This document shows, one piece after another, positions 1-11,339 of a stretch of DNA of 64,000 nucleotides. How positions within the stretch are numbered: position 1 is the stretch's first letter; each line of letters starts with the position of its first letter. The translations under genes were made by a program, and so were the position numbers. Under the pieces are notes generated by a model that did no database searches, was not told the DNA's origin, and was given only the letters and a program-made list of their open reading frames with translations. Origin of the DNA: an uncultured Alphaproteobacteria bacterium (GTDB taxonomy: Bacteria > Pseudomonadota > Alphaproteobacteria > Rickettsiales > UBA998); contig CAWDMW010000002.1 of NCBI GenBank assembly GCA_963803575.1, positions 1,080,406 through 1,144,405 on the forward strand. Direction: 5' to 3'.

Positions 1-530
1 GATGTGATTGAGGGTGAATTTGAGGGCTTGGGCAAAACCATGGAAGGCACGCATGGCCGATGCGCTCGATGGCATTAGTGGCCGCTTTGATAGTTTTGGT
101 GATTTTGCCAAAGGCTTCCTATCTGATCTGAATCGTCAGTTGCTGCAATTTGCGCTGAAGGATTTAGGCATCACCGGTGAAGGCGGCATCATTGAGGGCA
201 TATTTGGCTCCATCGGCGGCCTATTTAAAGGTGGCGGTGGTGGCGGTGGCATCGGCAGTCTGCTTTCCAGCGCAGCAAGCCTCTTCGGAGGCTTTTTTGC
301 TGATGGTGGCACGCTTAAAGCCTGGTCAATTCGGTGTGGTTGGTGAGCGTGGCCCGGAGCTGGCATTTGCTGGCAATCGCCCATGCACATCATGCCGAAT
401 GGCTGGCATGTCGCCTGTATCGGTCACCATGAATATCAACACACCGGATGCGCAGAGCTTCCGTCAAAGCCAAAGGCAGATCGCCGCTGATATGGCGCGG
501 TCGATTGATCGTGCAAGGAGGAATCTATGA
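1..530 (+). CDS. Tail tape measure protein, C-terminal part (frameshift near 318)
   Basis: Gly-rich segment, then GFFADGG and (other frame) VVGERGPE ... [23 protein letters not shown], the typical C-terminus of GTA-like tape measure proteins. Confidence 0.85.
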
Positions 531-1565
531 TGCAGGAAACTTATTTCTCGTTCGATTGGAAAATGCTACCAGCGAAAGCATCACTGGCACTTCAACAAGC
601 ACCCCAACCACCGTAGCTAGTGCCGCGCCGGAGTGTAGCCCGAACAGGCTAATTGCTACCGCAACGGCCAGCTCGAAGAAATTGGAAGTGCCTATGAGTG
701 CTGCAGGTGCAGCGGTAGTAAATGGTACACGCCAGAGATATGCCCAGCCATACGCGATGAAGAATATGCCGTAGCTTTGGATGAGTAGCGGTATGGCGAT
801 CAGCGCAATCACCATTGGCTTGTCGATGATGGTTTGTGCCTGAAAGCCAAATAACAAAACGACAGTGGCAAGCAATCCCATGATGGAGAATGGTTTTACT
901 TTGGCAGTGAAGCGCTCGATGCGCTCATGGTTTCCAGAGTGATCCAGCTTTTTGCGGGTAACGTATCCGGCAGCTAACGGAATGACGACATATAGAATAA
1001 CGGAAAGGAGCAACGTTTCCCACGGCACGACGATATCCGTCACACCGAGCAGGAAAGCGGCTAGCGGAGCAAAGGCGAAGATCATGATGATGTCATTGAT
1101 TGACACCTGTACCAACGTGTAATTGGCATCGCCCCGCACCAGCTGGCTCCAGACGAATACCATCGCAGTGCATGGAGCGACACCGAGCAAAATCATTCCG
1201 GCTATATATTCCTTGGCGGTTTCGGGTGCGACCAGTCCGGCGAAGATATATTCGAAAAACAGCACACCGAGTGCCGCCATCGTGAAAGGTTTTACCAGCC
1301 AGTTGATGACGAGCGTAATGCATAGCCCTTTGGGTTTTCGGCCTACGTCCTTGATACTGGCAAAATCGACATTAACCATCATCGGGTAGATCATCACCCA
1401 GATGAACACGGCGACCACAAGGTTGACGCTGGCATATTCCAGCCCTGCAATGGTTTGGAATATGGATGGTACGGCAATGCCAAGGCCGACACCTGCAGTA
1501 ATGCACAGTGCTACCCATAAGGAAAGATAACGCTCAAATAAACCTAAAGGAGAATGTTCAGTCAT
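525..1565 (-). CDS. acr3: ACR3 family arsenite efflux transporter
   Basis: [24 protein letters not shown] and [12 protein letters not shown] motifs; multi-TM protein. Confidence 0.95.
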   Translation of the reverse strand: MTEHSPLGLFERYLSLWVALCITAGVGLGIAVPSIFQTIAGLEYASVNLVVAVFIWVMIYPMMVNVDFASIKDVGRKPKGLCITLVINWLVKPFTMAALGVLFFEYIFAGLVAPETAKEYIAGMILLGVAPCTAMVFVWSQLVRGDANYTLVQVSINDIIMIFAFAPLAAFLLGVTDIVVPWETLLLSVILYVVIPLAAGYVTRKKLDHSGNHERIERFTAKVKPFSIMGLLATVVLLFGFQAQTIIDKPMVIALIAIPLLIQSYGIFFIAYGWAYLWRVPFTTAAPAALIGTSNFFELAVAVAISLFGLHSGAALATVVGVLVEVPVMLSLVAFSNRTRNKFPAS

Positions 1566-1972
1566 AATAACTCTGTTTCGATCCGTTGTTTTAATAAGTT
1601 AAATGCCTCCTCAAAGGCGGCGTTTATGTTGTCTTCTGTGCCTGTCGCTTTGGCAGGATCAGGGGTACTCCAATGCAGCTTTTCATGTTTACCAAGAAAT
1701 GCAGGGCAGCTTTCAGCAGCGGCAGCATCGCAGACGGTAATCACCAGATCAAAATGCTCATTTGCAAACTCATCCCATGATTTGCTGCGCGGTTCATTGA
1801 TATTGATGCCGTGACGTTGCAGTGTTTCGATGGATTTCGGATGCACGTAACCGGCTGGTTTGCTTCCGGCGCTTACGGCTTCATAACGCCCCGCAGCGAG
1901 TACATTGATCAGCGCCTCGGCCATGATGGAACGGCAGGAATTGCCAGTGCAAAGAACAAGGACTCGTTTCAT
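1562..1972 (-). CDS. arsC: Arsenate reductase, LMW-PTP/thioredoxin type
   Basis: CTGNSCRS P-loop and VITVC...ESCP. ATG at 1972 overlaps the upstream stop (TGATG). Confidence 0.92.
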   Translation of the reverse strand: MKRVLVLCTGNSCRSIMAEALINVLAAGRYEAVSAGSKPAGYVHPKSIETLQRHGININEPRSKSWDEFANEHFDLVITVCDAAAAESCPAFLGKHEKLHWSTPDPAKATGTEDNINAAFEEAFNLLKQRIETELL

Positions 1973-2181
1973 CAGCAGCACCCATGATTTTGTTGAATAG
2001 GAGGGCATTTAACGCTGCCATAGGAACAGAATACACAGCAATCACCTTGCTTGGGCTTTAGTAATGCATGGCAATTAGTGCATTCATAAAAATACTGGCA
2101 AGCATCGGTGGGCATGGTTTCCCCCTTTTGATGGCTGCATTCAGGACAAGTGATGATGGATTGTAAGATTGGATTTGTCAT
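1972..2181 (-). CDS. GDCCVxC domain-containing Cys-rich protein
   Basis: ITCPEC, CQYFYECTNC, GDCCVFCSYGSVKCPP. Confidence 0.9.
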   Translation of the reverse strand: MTNPILQSIITCPECSHQKGETMPTDACQYFYECTNCHALLKPKQGDCCVFCSYGSVKCPPIQQNHGCC

Positions 2182-2534
2182 CGTAATGCCCTGATTAAAC
2201 CTGGCTCAATCTGTGGCCAGATAATGGCTATGCCGATCAGCAATACAGCAATAATCGTTAGAATAACCATGCCAGTCTTTTGCTTGGGCGTATCTCCGCA
2301 AGGCTCACAAGCAGTCTTACGATTGCGCCAATACACGTAGCCACCAATAGCTAAGGTAAGAATGGAAGCTGCAATGAGGTACGGACGAAACGGCTGTAAT
2401 ACAGCCAGGTTAGAAAGCCATGCACCGCCAATACCGAGATTAAATAACACTAAAGGGATGACACAGCATGACGCACCAATAACAGCGGTGATGGATGCTA
2501 CAATACTACTGATGATGGGAAGTTTGTTTTTCAT
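2178..2534 (-). CDS. MerT-family mercuric transport-like membrane protein
   Basis: ASCCVIPL..LGIGGAWLSNL..LQPFRPY, three TMs and a cytoplasmic CxxC. ATGA overlap with arsR. Confidence 0.8.
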   Translation of the reverse strand: MKNKLPIISSIVASITAVIGASCCVIPLVLFNLGIGGAWLSNLAVLQPFRPYLIAASILTLAIGGYVYWRNRKTACEPCGDTPKQKTGMVILTIIAVLLIGIAIIWPQIEPGLIRALR

Positions 2535-2902
2535 GACGCCTCCTTGTTGGGGCAGCATGTTTCAAGCAACTCAATGGTGGTTTTGCCTGTTTTGTTATCC
2601 TCATGCATACAGACGAAATTAACGGCACAGCAATTTTCTACCATGTAACGGATGAGTTGCTGTGTTAGCGCATAATTGGCCGAGTAGATCATGCTCCGGC
2701 CATTTTTTTGTGCTTGGATTAACCCTGCTTCACATAAGTGGGCAAGGTGAAATGACAATGTGTTGTGCGGCATTTTTAGCCTCTCACTCATGGCTCCGGC
2801 GGCTAACCCCTCTGGGCCAGCCACGGCAAGCATCTTGAATGCTTTGAGTCGTGTTTCGTGAGCAAGAGCAGCAAATGCCTTAATTGAAGTATCTAAATCC
2901 AT
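2531..2902 (-). CDS. arsR: ArsR/SmtB family repressor with C-terminal CC motifs
   Basis: ALAHETRL, TLSFHLAHL, GRSMIYSANY, ENCC and ETCC. Confidence 0.9.
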   Translation of the reverse strand: MDLDTSIKAFAALAHETRLKAFKMLAVAGPEGLAAGAMSERLKMPHNTLSFHLAHLCEAGLIQAQKNGRSMIYSANYALTQQLIRYMVENCCAVNFVCMHEDNKTGKTTIELLETCCPNKEAS

Positions 2903-2937
2903 TCGTCCATAATAATGGACATATTATAACTCGTCAA
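2903..2937 (-). promoter_or_regulatory. arsR promoter and operator, probably leaderless
   Basis: Minus strand reads TTGACG-N17-TATTAT-N6-ATG. Inverted repeat GTCCAT-N4-ATGGAC (2905-2920) overlaps the -10. Confidence 0.7.
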
Positions 2938-2973
2938 GGATTCTCGACGTATTAAATTACAGGATTGATTATT

Positions 2974-3642
2974 ATGAGTTTTGAAGAAGTACAGTTCCCC
3001 AGCGACATTTCGTATGGTGCAACCGGTGGGCCGATGTTTTTAACCGATGTGGTGGCAACCGTATCCGGCCATGAGCAGCGCAATAGTAAATGGCAGCAAT
3101 CACGCGCTAAATACAATGTGGCTTCAGGTATTAAAACCGAGTCGCAATGGCAGGCGCTGATTGCCTTTTTTCGTGCGCGGCGTGGCCGGGCGATCGGCTT
3201 TCGTTTCAAGGATTGGAGTGATTACAAAGCTGAAAACCAACCGCTTAAATCGCTGGGTGGCAATGACTACCAGCTGGTTAAACAATATGTCAGCGGCGCG
3301 GTGGTGTATGAGCGCGATCTTACCAAGCCTGTGGCCGGAAGCGTCAAGCTATATGCCGATAGTATTTTGCAGGCCAGCGGCTGGAGCATTGATACCGAAA
3401 CCGGGATCATCACCACCAGTATTTCCGGCACGCTAACGATCGACTGTGAGTTTGATGTGCCTGTGCGATTTGATACCGATGAGATGGCCATTTCTATGGA
3501 TAGCTTCGATGCGGGTAATTGGAGCAGCATTCCGCTGATTGAGGTGCGCATTTGTCGCGGTGATGATCGTCCATTGGCGAGCTCATCGCCGAAAGCGGAT
3601 CGACAGGATGTACCAGCTCAGATACAGCACCACAAATTTTGA
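2974..3642 (+). CDS. DUF2460/TIGR02217 distal tail protein (RcGTA g12-like), C-terminally extended past the usual end
   Basis: FEEVQFPSDISYGATGGPMFLT, FFRARRGRAIGFRFKDWSD, EFDVPVRFDTD, IPLIEVR. Confidence 0.92.
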   Translation: MSFEEVQFPSDISYGATGGPMFLTDVVATVSGHEQRNSKWQQSRAKYNVASGIKTESQWQALIAFFRARRGRAIGFRFKDWSDYKAENQPLKSLGGNDYQLVKQYVSGAVVYERDLTKPVAGSVKLYADSILQASGWSIDTETGIITTSISGTLTIDCEFDVPVRFDTDEMAISMDSFDAGNWSSIPLIEVRICRGDDRPLASSSPKADRQDVPAQIQHHKF

Positions 3643-3894
3643 AGGATCAAAGCGGGTAGTGATGATTGATGCAAGATGGTGATGATCAGGTGGTGTCATA
3701 AGGTAGCACCGTCATAGGTCAGCATCAAGTTAATGAGATTGCCACTGGTTTCATGCCATGCGGCATTCCGAAACAGCCGCATGATCAGCATATCATATTC
3801 ATAGCGGATAGGCAAAGTAACCGACTAGCAACCCGCATAGCAGCAGGAACTTAATCAGCACTTGTTTCTGTGGTTTGATCGTAGCGTTCAACAT
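3552..3894 (-). pseudogene. Garbled remnant of a hypothetical membrane protein
   Basis: ATG at 3894 gives MLNATIKPQKQVLIKFLLLCGLLVGYFAY, then multiple stops and shifts. Later fragments read LSIRF/GDEL/HHRD. Candidate promoter TTGCAT-N16-GATACT upstream. Confidence 0.55.
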
Positions 3895-3943
3895 GGCGGC
3901 GAGTATCTAACAAAACGCAGAAAATGCAAGGATTTACAATTTT

Positions 3944-4808
3944 ATGAGAGTGATTTCACCACAGCTTGAAGCCCACTTTGCAGGCGGCATGACGACGCTT
4001 GCAACTTGCTGGCGGATTACCCGGCAGGATGCGGTAGAGGTTGGTTTTACCGACCATGATCTGCCGATCACCTTCGACAGCGTGTTGTATGATTCTATTG
4101 CTGGCTTTACCCCCACCACGGTGGAGAGTAAATCCAATATGTCGGTCGATAATCTCGATGTGGAAGGTCAGGTATTCCCTTCAAAAATTACCGAGGAAGA
4201 TCTGCTGGCGGGTTTATATGATTATGCCGAGATTGAGATATTCCTCGTCAATTATAACGACCTTACCCAAGGCAAGCTGGTGGTCAAACGTGGTCGCCTC
4301 GGTGAGGTGACGCTCAATAGCCAAATGTTTCAGGCAGAGGTGCGCGGCCTTACGCAGCATCTATCGCAAACCATCGGTCAGGTGTTCTCTCCCTCTTGCC
4401 GCGCCATCTTGGGTGATAGTAAATGCAAGGTGGCGCTGGCTTCTTTTACCGTCTCAGCGACGGTGACGGAGGTGGTGAATAATCAAACCTTCAAAGCCTC
4501 CACGCTCTCACAAGATGCAGGATGGTTTACAGGTGGCGAGGTGCTGTGGACATCGGGCAATAATGATGATCGCCGGATGGAGGTGAAGGAATTCGCTTCC
4601 GCGCAGGTGGTGTTGGCGCTGGCCGATGGGCAAATCAGTACAGGTGGGTGATACATTCGACATCATCGCCGGGTGCGATAAGACCCGCGAAACTTGTCAG
4701 AGCAAATTTACAAATATTCTCAATTTTCGTGGTGAGCCGGATGTGCCGGGAACGGACAAGCTGCTGACCACGGCTGGAACATTCAACAAAGGCAATCCAA
4801 ATGGCTAA
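3944..4808 (+). CDS. DUF2163/TIGR02218 baseplate hub (RcGTA g13-like), frameshift near 4620
   Basis: TTLATCWRITR..GFTDHD, CRAILGD..C, and in another frame AGCDKTRETCQSKFTNILNFRGEP. Confidence 0.9.
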
Positions 4809-5287
4809 AATTAAACCAGAGCAGATTACCGCGCAGGCGCGTACATGGCTGGATACGGCCTATCACCACCAAGGGCGGCTTAAAAAAAGCGCCAAAGGCA
4901 ATGGTGGCGTCGATTGCCTTGGGCTGGTGATTGGCATGATCGATGAGCTGGGCATGCAGGATGGTGATGGCAACCCGCTGGTGAATGCGGATGAGTTTAA
5001 TTATTCGATGTATCCGGAGCGTGGCCGTTTGGTGGGAAGCATTTCCAAGCATCTGCTGCGAAGTGCCGATCGAGAAAATGCGCGTGGGTGATTTACTGCT
5101 GTTTCGCACATTCAAAGACCCGCAGCATGTGGGGCTGCTTACCGACTACCCTAGCGGTGGGCCGGGCCTCATTCATTGCAACTCCAGCGCTGGCAAGGTG
5201 GTGGAGCAACCGCTTTCTATGACGTGGGTGCGCATGCTGACGCATGTGTATCGCTTCAAAAACAAACAACTGAAATCGTTAAAGTAA
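4801..5287 (+). CDS. Phage NlpC/P60 tail peptidase (RcGTA g14-like), frameshift near 5055
   Basis: ARTWLDTAYHHQGR, GVDCLGLV, then GDLLLF..PQHVG..LIHC in the next frame. Confidence 0.88.
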
Positions 5288-5288
5288 T

Positions 5289-8200
5289 ATGGCTGATATT
5301 GTTCTTCCTGTCGTCGGTGGTGTCACTGGCTTTGTGCTGGGTGGCCCTTCGGGTGCTATCTTGGGCGCAAATCTTGGTAGCACCGCTGCCGGGCTGTTCT
5401 TCCCAAAGTCGCAGCGCGTGCAGCTACCTACTCAGGAAGGCCCACGGCTGGCTGATTTGCGTGCGCAAACGGCCACCTACGGCAATATGATCCCAAAGGT
5501 CTATGGCACGATGCGCTTGGCAGGTAATGTCATCTGGTCGACTGATTTAAAGGAGGTGAAGGTTGAAACAACCAGCACGCAAACAGCTCCGGCGGTGGCG
5601 GTAAAGGTGGCGGCGGTGGCGGATCGGTCACGACCAGCCAAACCAGCGTCACTTATGAGTATTTTGTCACGCTGGCCATTGCGATATGCGAAGGGCCGAT
5701 TGATGAGGTGATCCGGGTTTGGGCCGATAGCAAGGTGCTAACTGAAGATGTGCTGTCCTCTGCCCAAGGTAAATACAACGTCCATCTCGGTACTGAGGAT
5801 CAGATGGTCGATGATATCATGGCCAAATATTTAACCGCAGGCACCATCCCTGCCTATCGCGGCATGGCTTACGTGGTGATTGAGGATTTCCCGCTGGGAG
5901 CCTATGGCAATCGCATTCCAAACTTTACGTTTGAGGTGCGCCGCACGCTTCGCTTTACGCCATCGGTCGAGGATAAAATTACCGATGTGGTGATGATCCC
6001 CGGCGCGGGTGAAATGGTCTATGGCACGGATGTGCAGACCAAGCAGGATGGTTATTTTGATGCGTATCAAGGCGGCATTTTTGTGCCTAACGCGGATAAA
6101 AACTTCATCAACATGCACAATTACGAGGGTAAGGCTGATGCGCTGGTGGCGATTGATCAGATGATGGATGTGCTGCCTAATCTTGAATGGGTGGCGATTT
6201 GTGGTGACATGGTTTGCCACCTCCACCGATGCCGGGGCATGCGAGATTGTGCCAAAGGTAGAGTTTCAAGGCTCGACGCAGGTGTTGCCGCAGGATTGGA
6301 GCGTGGCAGGCATTGGCAGAACACGCTGCGCAGGTGGTACTAAAGTTTGATCCGGAAACACCAACCTATGGCGGCACGCCTTCTGACCATACGGTGGTGC
6401 AGCTGGTTGATCACCTGAAAAGCAAAGGCTTGAAGGTGATGCTGTATCCGATGCCGTTTGTGGATACGATCACTCCGGTACCAAAGCCATGGCGCGGACG
6501 TATTATCCCTGCCAATGCTACCGATGCTAATAGCTGGTTTACCAAAACTAATGGCTATAATGCGTTTATTAGCCATTATGCCAATCTGGTGAAAAACAAA
6601 GTGGATGCGTTTGTCATCGGCTCGGAGCTAATTGGCATGACCGGCTTTACCGACTCGTCCGGGCAGCTATCCGGCGGTGAATCAGCTGGTGTCATTGGCG
6701 GCGACCGTTAAAGGCATCATGGGCGCTGGTACCGATATTACTTACGCTGCCGATTGGTCTGAATATCACAGCACCGATGGCTGGTTTAACCTTGATCCGC
6801 TCTGGGCTTCACCGAATATCGATTTTGTGGGCATTGATAGCTATTTTCCGCTGACGGAAGATCTGCCGCAGATCCAAATTACCGAGGAATTGATCAAGGA
6901 ATATTGGGAAGCTGGCGAAGGTTGGGATTATTATTACACCGACTCGGTGGCTCGTACTGGCCAAACCAGCTATGGCGGCGATGCAACATTTGCATGGAAA
7001 AACCTAGAATATTGGTGGAAAAATACCCACACCAATCCGGATACCAACACCACAGCTTGGACTGCCAAGATGAAGCCAGTGTGGTTTACCGAGTTCGGCT
7101 TTCCCTCCGTGGATGGTGCAGCTAACCAGCCTAATGTGTTTTATGATCCGACCAGCTCGGAGAGTTTCTTACCCTCGTGGCAGTCCAAAGGCCGGGTGGA
7201 TTTTCAGGCGCAGCGTGAAGCGCTCAATGCGACGCTGGATTACCTCGATGCACGCGAGCAAGAGGCTGGCAATACCGGGCTGGTGGCGCGGCGTTTCCTA
7301 TGGACGTGGGATGCGCGGCCATTTTCCTTTTGGCCTGATCTGGAAGGCGTGTGGCAGGATTCTATTCTGTGGGCAACCGGGCATTGGGTGCAAGGCAAGC
7401 TGGGCAATTCCACGCTTGGTGCGGTGGTGGCCGAGCTGCTGCAACAGCTGGGCTTACCGCAAGCGATTATGATGTAACCCGCCTGCTTGAAACGCTGGAG
7501 GGCTTTATTCTGGATCGCCCGATTACGGTACGCAGTGCGCATGGAGTATCTGACCTCGGCGTTCTTTTTCGATATCGTCGAGAGCGATGGCATTTTGAAA
7601 TGCGTGCCGCGTGGCAATGAATCGGTTAAAGCGGTGCCGGAGGACGACCTTATTCCTTCTAAGAAGAAAGGTGTGCAGGATGTGCTGGAGATTAATTACG
7701 CGCAGGAGCTGGAGCTGCCGCAGCGGGTGAATGTGACCTATCTGGATCGGCCTTTTAATTATGATCCGGTCACGCAAACCTCGCAGCGTCAAACGGTACG
7801 TGCGGTGGATCAGGTGAGTATGAGCCTGCCAATTGTGATGGGTGCAACTCGCGCCAAGCAGATCTCCGACATTACGCTTTATGGCACATGGAAGGAGCGC
7901 ATTAGCTTTGCGCTAACATTGCCGCCGAAATATGTGCGCATCGAGCCTACGGATATTATTACGGTGACGGTCAATAATGTGCCGCATGAAATGCGCGTGC
8001 TGAAGACCAATATGGAAGCCAATGGCCTGATGAAGGTCAATGCGGTGGCGGAGGATATCAGCTCCTATGATTTCTACACCCCGCCGGGCGAGACCAGCTC
8101 GACATTGGAGCCGCCAACGCTAGTGCCTGGTACTATCGGCAAAGTTTATCGATGCACCGCCATTGCCTAGCGATAACGTCCCCAATCAGGGGTTGCTTCG

Positions 8201-9056
8201 CATTGGTGTGGCGGCAGATGGCGCACAGTGGCAAGGCGCTGCTATCTATCGCTCCGATGATGGTGGCGAGGCTGGTGGCAATACCTTCACCTTGCTTGCC
8301 GGGATGGATGGCGCGGCCACTTTTGGTGCGCTTACCACGGCGCTGCCTGCAGGCCCGTATGAGGCGTGGGATGATATCCACGAGGTGGAGGTTATTTTAA
8401 CCTCTGGCTCCTTGGCTTCGGTGAGCGAGCTGGGTGTGTTTAATGGTGCTAATGCCGCATTAATTGGCAATGAGCTGGTGCAATTTCAAAATGCGCAGCT
8501 GATTGGTGAGAAAACCTACAAGCTATCGCGGCTGTTGCGTGGCAGGCAAGGCACCGAATGGGCAATGGAGCATGTTTCCGGCGAGCCATTCGTGCTGATT
8601 ACTCCAGCGCTTTACACCACCACGATCGCCAATAATTCGATCGGGCGTGAGCTTTACTACAAGGTGGTGAGCGTGGGCAATAGCCTCGGCAATACCGATG
8701 AGGTGCCGTTTACCTATACCGGGCGCAATTTAAAGCCGTATGCTCCGGTGCATGTGGCTGGCCTGCGTGATGGCTCTGGCAATCTAAGCGTAAGCTGGAT
8801 TCGAAGGTCGCGGGTGGATGCTGAATGGCGCGATGGTGTGGATATTCCGCTGGGTGAGGAATCGGAGCGTTATCAGGTCGATGTGCTGGATGGCTCGGAT
8901 GTGGTGCGCACCATTGAGGTGACCAGCCCGGCGGCAAGCTATAGCGCTGCCGATCAGGTGGCGGATTTTGGTTCGGCGCAAAGCGCGATCGATATCAAGA
9001 TTTACCAGATGTCAGCCGTGGTGGGCCGAGGCTATGCGGCTGCGGCCACTTTATAA
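5289..9056 (+). CDS. Baseplate 'megatron'/host-specificity protein with GTA TIM-barrel-like domain (RcGTA g15-like), split by several frameshifts
   Basis: Consecutive overlapping ORFs carry EGPRL, YGTMRLAGNVIW, PAYRG, YGGTPSD, FVIGSEL, TYAADWSEY, WTWDARP, LLRGRQGTE and WIRRSR. Confidence 0.88.
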
Positions 9057-9079
9057 TTTAACACTAATTGGAGAATATT

Positions 9080-9790
9080 ATGTCCCAGACCGGAAGGCTG
9101 GGCCTGCCGTATATTATTACGGCGCAGGCTCAAAAAGAAGTAACGCATAATGAGGGGTTAAATCGCCTCGATGCGTTCGTTACGCCCGTGGTGGCCGATA
9201 TTGCCAATGCTCCACCGGCTAGCCCGACCGTGGGTGATCTCTATATTGTAGGTGCACAGTCGCCCACCGGGGATTTTGTCTGGCTCAGGCAAATAAGCTG
9301 GCGCAGTATCTCACCGGGGGCTGGGTGTTTTATACGCCGTTTCAATGGATGGATGCGGTGGTGGAGGAAACGCAGAGCCGCATGGCGTGGGATGGCACCG
9401 CATGGGTGCCGTTTGGCCTTATTATGCGCGATAGCGGCGAGTATGCACGCGTGCTGCGTTGGCAGGAGGATATTGATCTTTCTGGCGACGACGCAAAGCG
9501 TTACCAACATTCCCAATCGCTCGACGGTGCTGGCGGTCAATACGCGGGTCATCACGGCGCTTACCGGAACGGTCGGCAGCTTTGGTGTGGGCGTGTCCGG
9601 CGACACCTCGCGCTATGGCAATGGCATCGGCACCGGGCAGGATTCAACCAATATCGGGCTTACCTATCATCCGGTGAGTTATTACAGCGATACCCCGGTG
9701 GAGATCACGCCCGATAGCGGCAGCATCACAGGCGGTGTGGTGCGAGTTAACGTGCAATATATGGCCTTCCGTGGGCCTTGGAATTGGTAA
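9080..9790 (+). CDS. DUF2793 domain tail fibre protein (frameshifted)
   Basis: LGLPYI..AQAQKEVTHNEGLNRLD and PP..P..GDLYIV. Confidence 0.85.
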   Translation: MSQTGRLGLPYIITAQAQKEVTHNEGLNRLDAFVTPVVADIANAPPASPTVGDLYIVGAQSPTGDFVWLRQISWRSISPGAGCFIRRFNGWMRWWRKRRAAWRGMAPHGCRLALLCAIAASMHACCVGRRILIFLATTQSVTNIPNRSTVLAVNTRVITALTGTVGSFGVGVSGDTSRYGNGIGTGQDSTNIGLTYHPVSYYSDTPVEITPDSGSITGGVVRVNVQYMAFRGPWNW

Positions 9791-9795
9791 TTATT

Positions 9796-11320
9796 ATGGC
9801 GAACAGCATTTCACTATCAGAATACCTTTGAGGATAATCTGGCACAGGAATTTAGGCAGGCGTTGTCGGTCGATGGCATTGCCTATCTTTACATCGTGCT
9901 GGGCGATAGCATTGCACTGGGCTGGCCTGAAAATAGCAGCAGCCCAGATGAGACCACGCCGCCACCATACGATGCACCCATTGCTCAAAGCCGCATTTTT
10001 GACAATCCCGGTTTTTTAGCTCTGGAGAGCATGGTGACCACCTTATCGACCACTGCCGTAAGTCCGATTGTAGGGCTGGGCTATCGATTAGCGCAGACGC
10101 TAGGAGAGCATTATCTGGTGCAGCATGCCGTTGGTGGTTCAAAGCTCACCGATGTGTGGCAATCACCCTCCGGCGCTCAGTATGTGAATTTAGTTGCTAA
10201 AATTGATGCTGCCATTGCCGAGCTAGTGGCTGAAGGCAAACAGGTGGTGATCCGTGGTAGCCTGATTGCGCTTGGCACAAATGATTCTGCCAGTGCCTCG
10301 GATGCAAATGCGGCAAAGGCTGGGTGGGATAATTTACTGGATGCGCTGGATAATTGCTATGGCAGCTACTACTCAAATAGCTTCAGGCATGTACTATCTG
10401 CCGTGGCAAAACCTTCTGGGTTTAATTTTGCGGGTGTCCCTTATATCGCCACCCGGCAAGTGGTGGCCGAGCGTGCCAATTGCCTGCTACTGAAGAACTT
10501 TGATTACACCACAAGCGATGGCACACATTTCAATGAAGCGGATTCTATCGATATGGGTATTCGCGCCGCCGATGCCATCAACGGCAACATTTCCGATGAC
10601 GATATTGCCGTGGGTTATGACATTAAGGCCAATATTAATACGCTCTATCATTGGGATGCCAACGACCCAACTTCGCTAACATTGGAGGCAGCTCCGGCGC
10701 AGAACATTTCGACGGTAACAGGCTGGAAGGATCAACAGGCTGATATCAACCCCACGATGGACACGGATGGCGACCAACCTAGCATCATTCAAAATTGGAA
10801 GAATGGGAGGGATTGGCTGCAATTTGCAGGCGATACGTTGGTGGGTGTGTTACCGGAGGGGTTAACGGCTCCATTTGCGTTGCTGGTTGCCAGCGAAATT
10901 ATCAGCACCCCGGCAGGAACGGTTTATGCGCTTTCCTTCGGTGATGCTACAGGATTTGGTAATAGCCTCGGAGTTGTCTATCGATCCAACGGCTTGGTTC
11001 AGGTGTTTGATGGTGCAACCAACTCTGGTGATTTTTCATGGGCCAATGGCGATGCGCATGTGATTTACATCGAGTGCAAAGAGTCCGGCTCACCTATCAA
11101 CACCATCCGCGTCAATGGCGTGGATGGAAATTCGACCAGCCCTCACGAGATGCAGACCAATGCCAATTTTGTGCTGGGTGGTTATGCGCCAGATGATCCC
11201 GATGATGGCCTGCGCTGCAACCACCGCATTGGCGAGGTGTATGTGTTTGGCGAACTGCCAACAACGCAACAACGAGATGCCGCAATCGTTGAATTGATGC
11301 AGCGCCACGCAATTAGCTAA
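9796..11320 (+). CDS. SGNH/sialate O-acetylesterase-like tail-associated protein with C-terminal beta-sandwich-like domain
   Basis: SGNH blocks GDS, GGS, GTND and DGTH. ATG 9796 joins the 9863 ORF if one extra A near 9802 is removed. Confidence 0.7.
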
Positions 11321-11339
11321 CCAATCTAGGAGAAACACC

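Noticed and set aside
1969-1980. Selenocysteine read-through at the TGA ending the GDCCVxC protein
   Set aside because: Two tandem TGA codons form an ordinary TGATG coupling to arsC, and the family's motif positions are already Cys.
2974-9790. Calling the tail cluster a bona fide gene transfer agent
   Set aside because: It is linked to lysis, initiator/origin, integrase and a tRNA att site, which is more consistent with a prophage.
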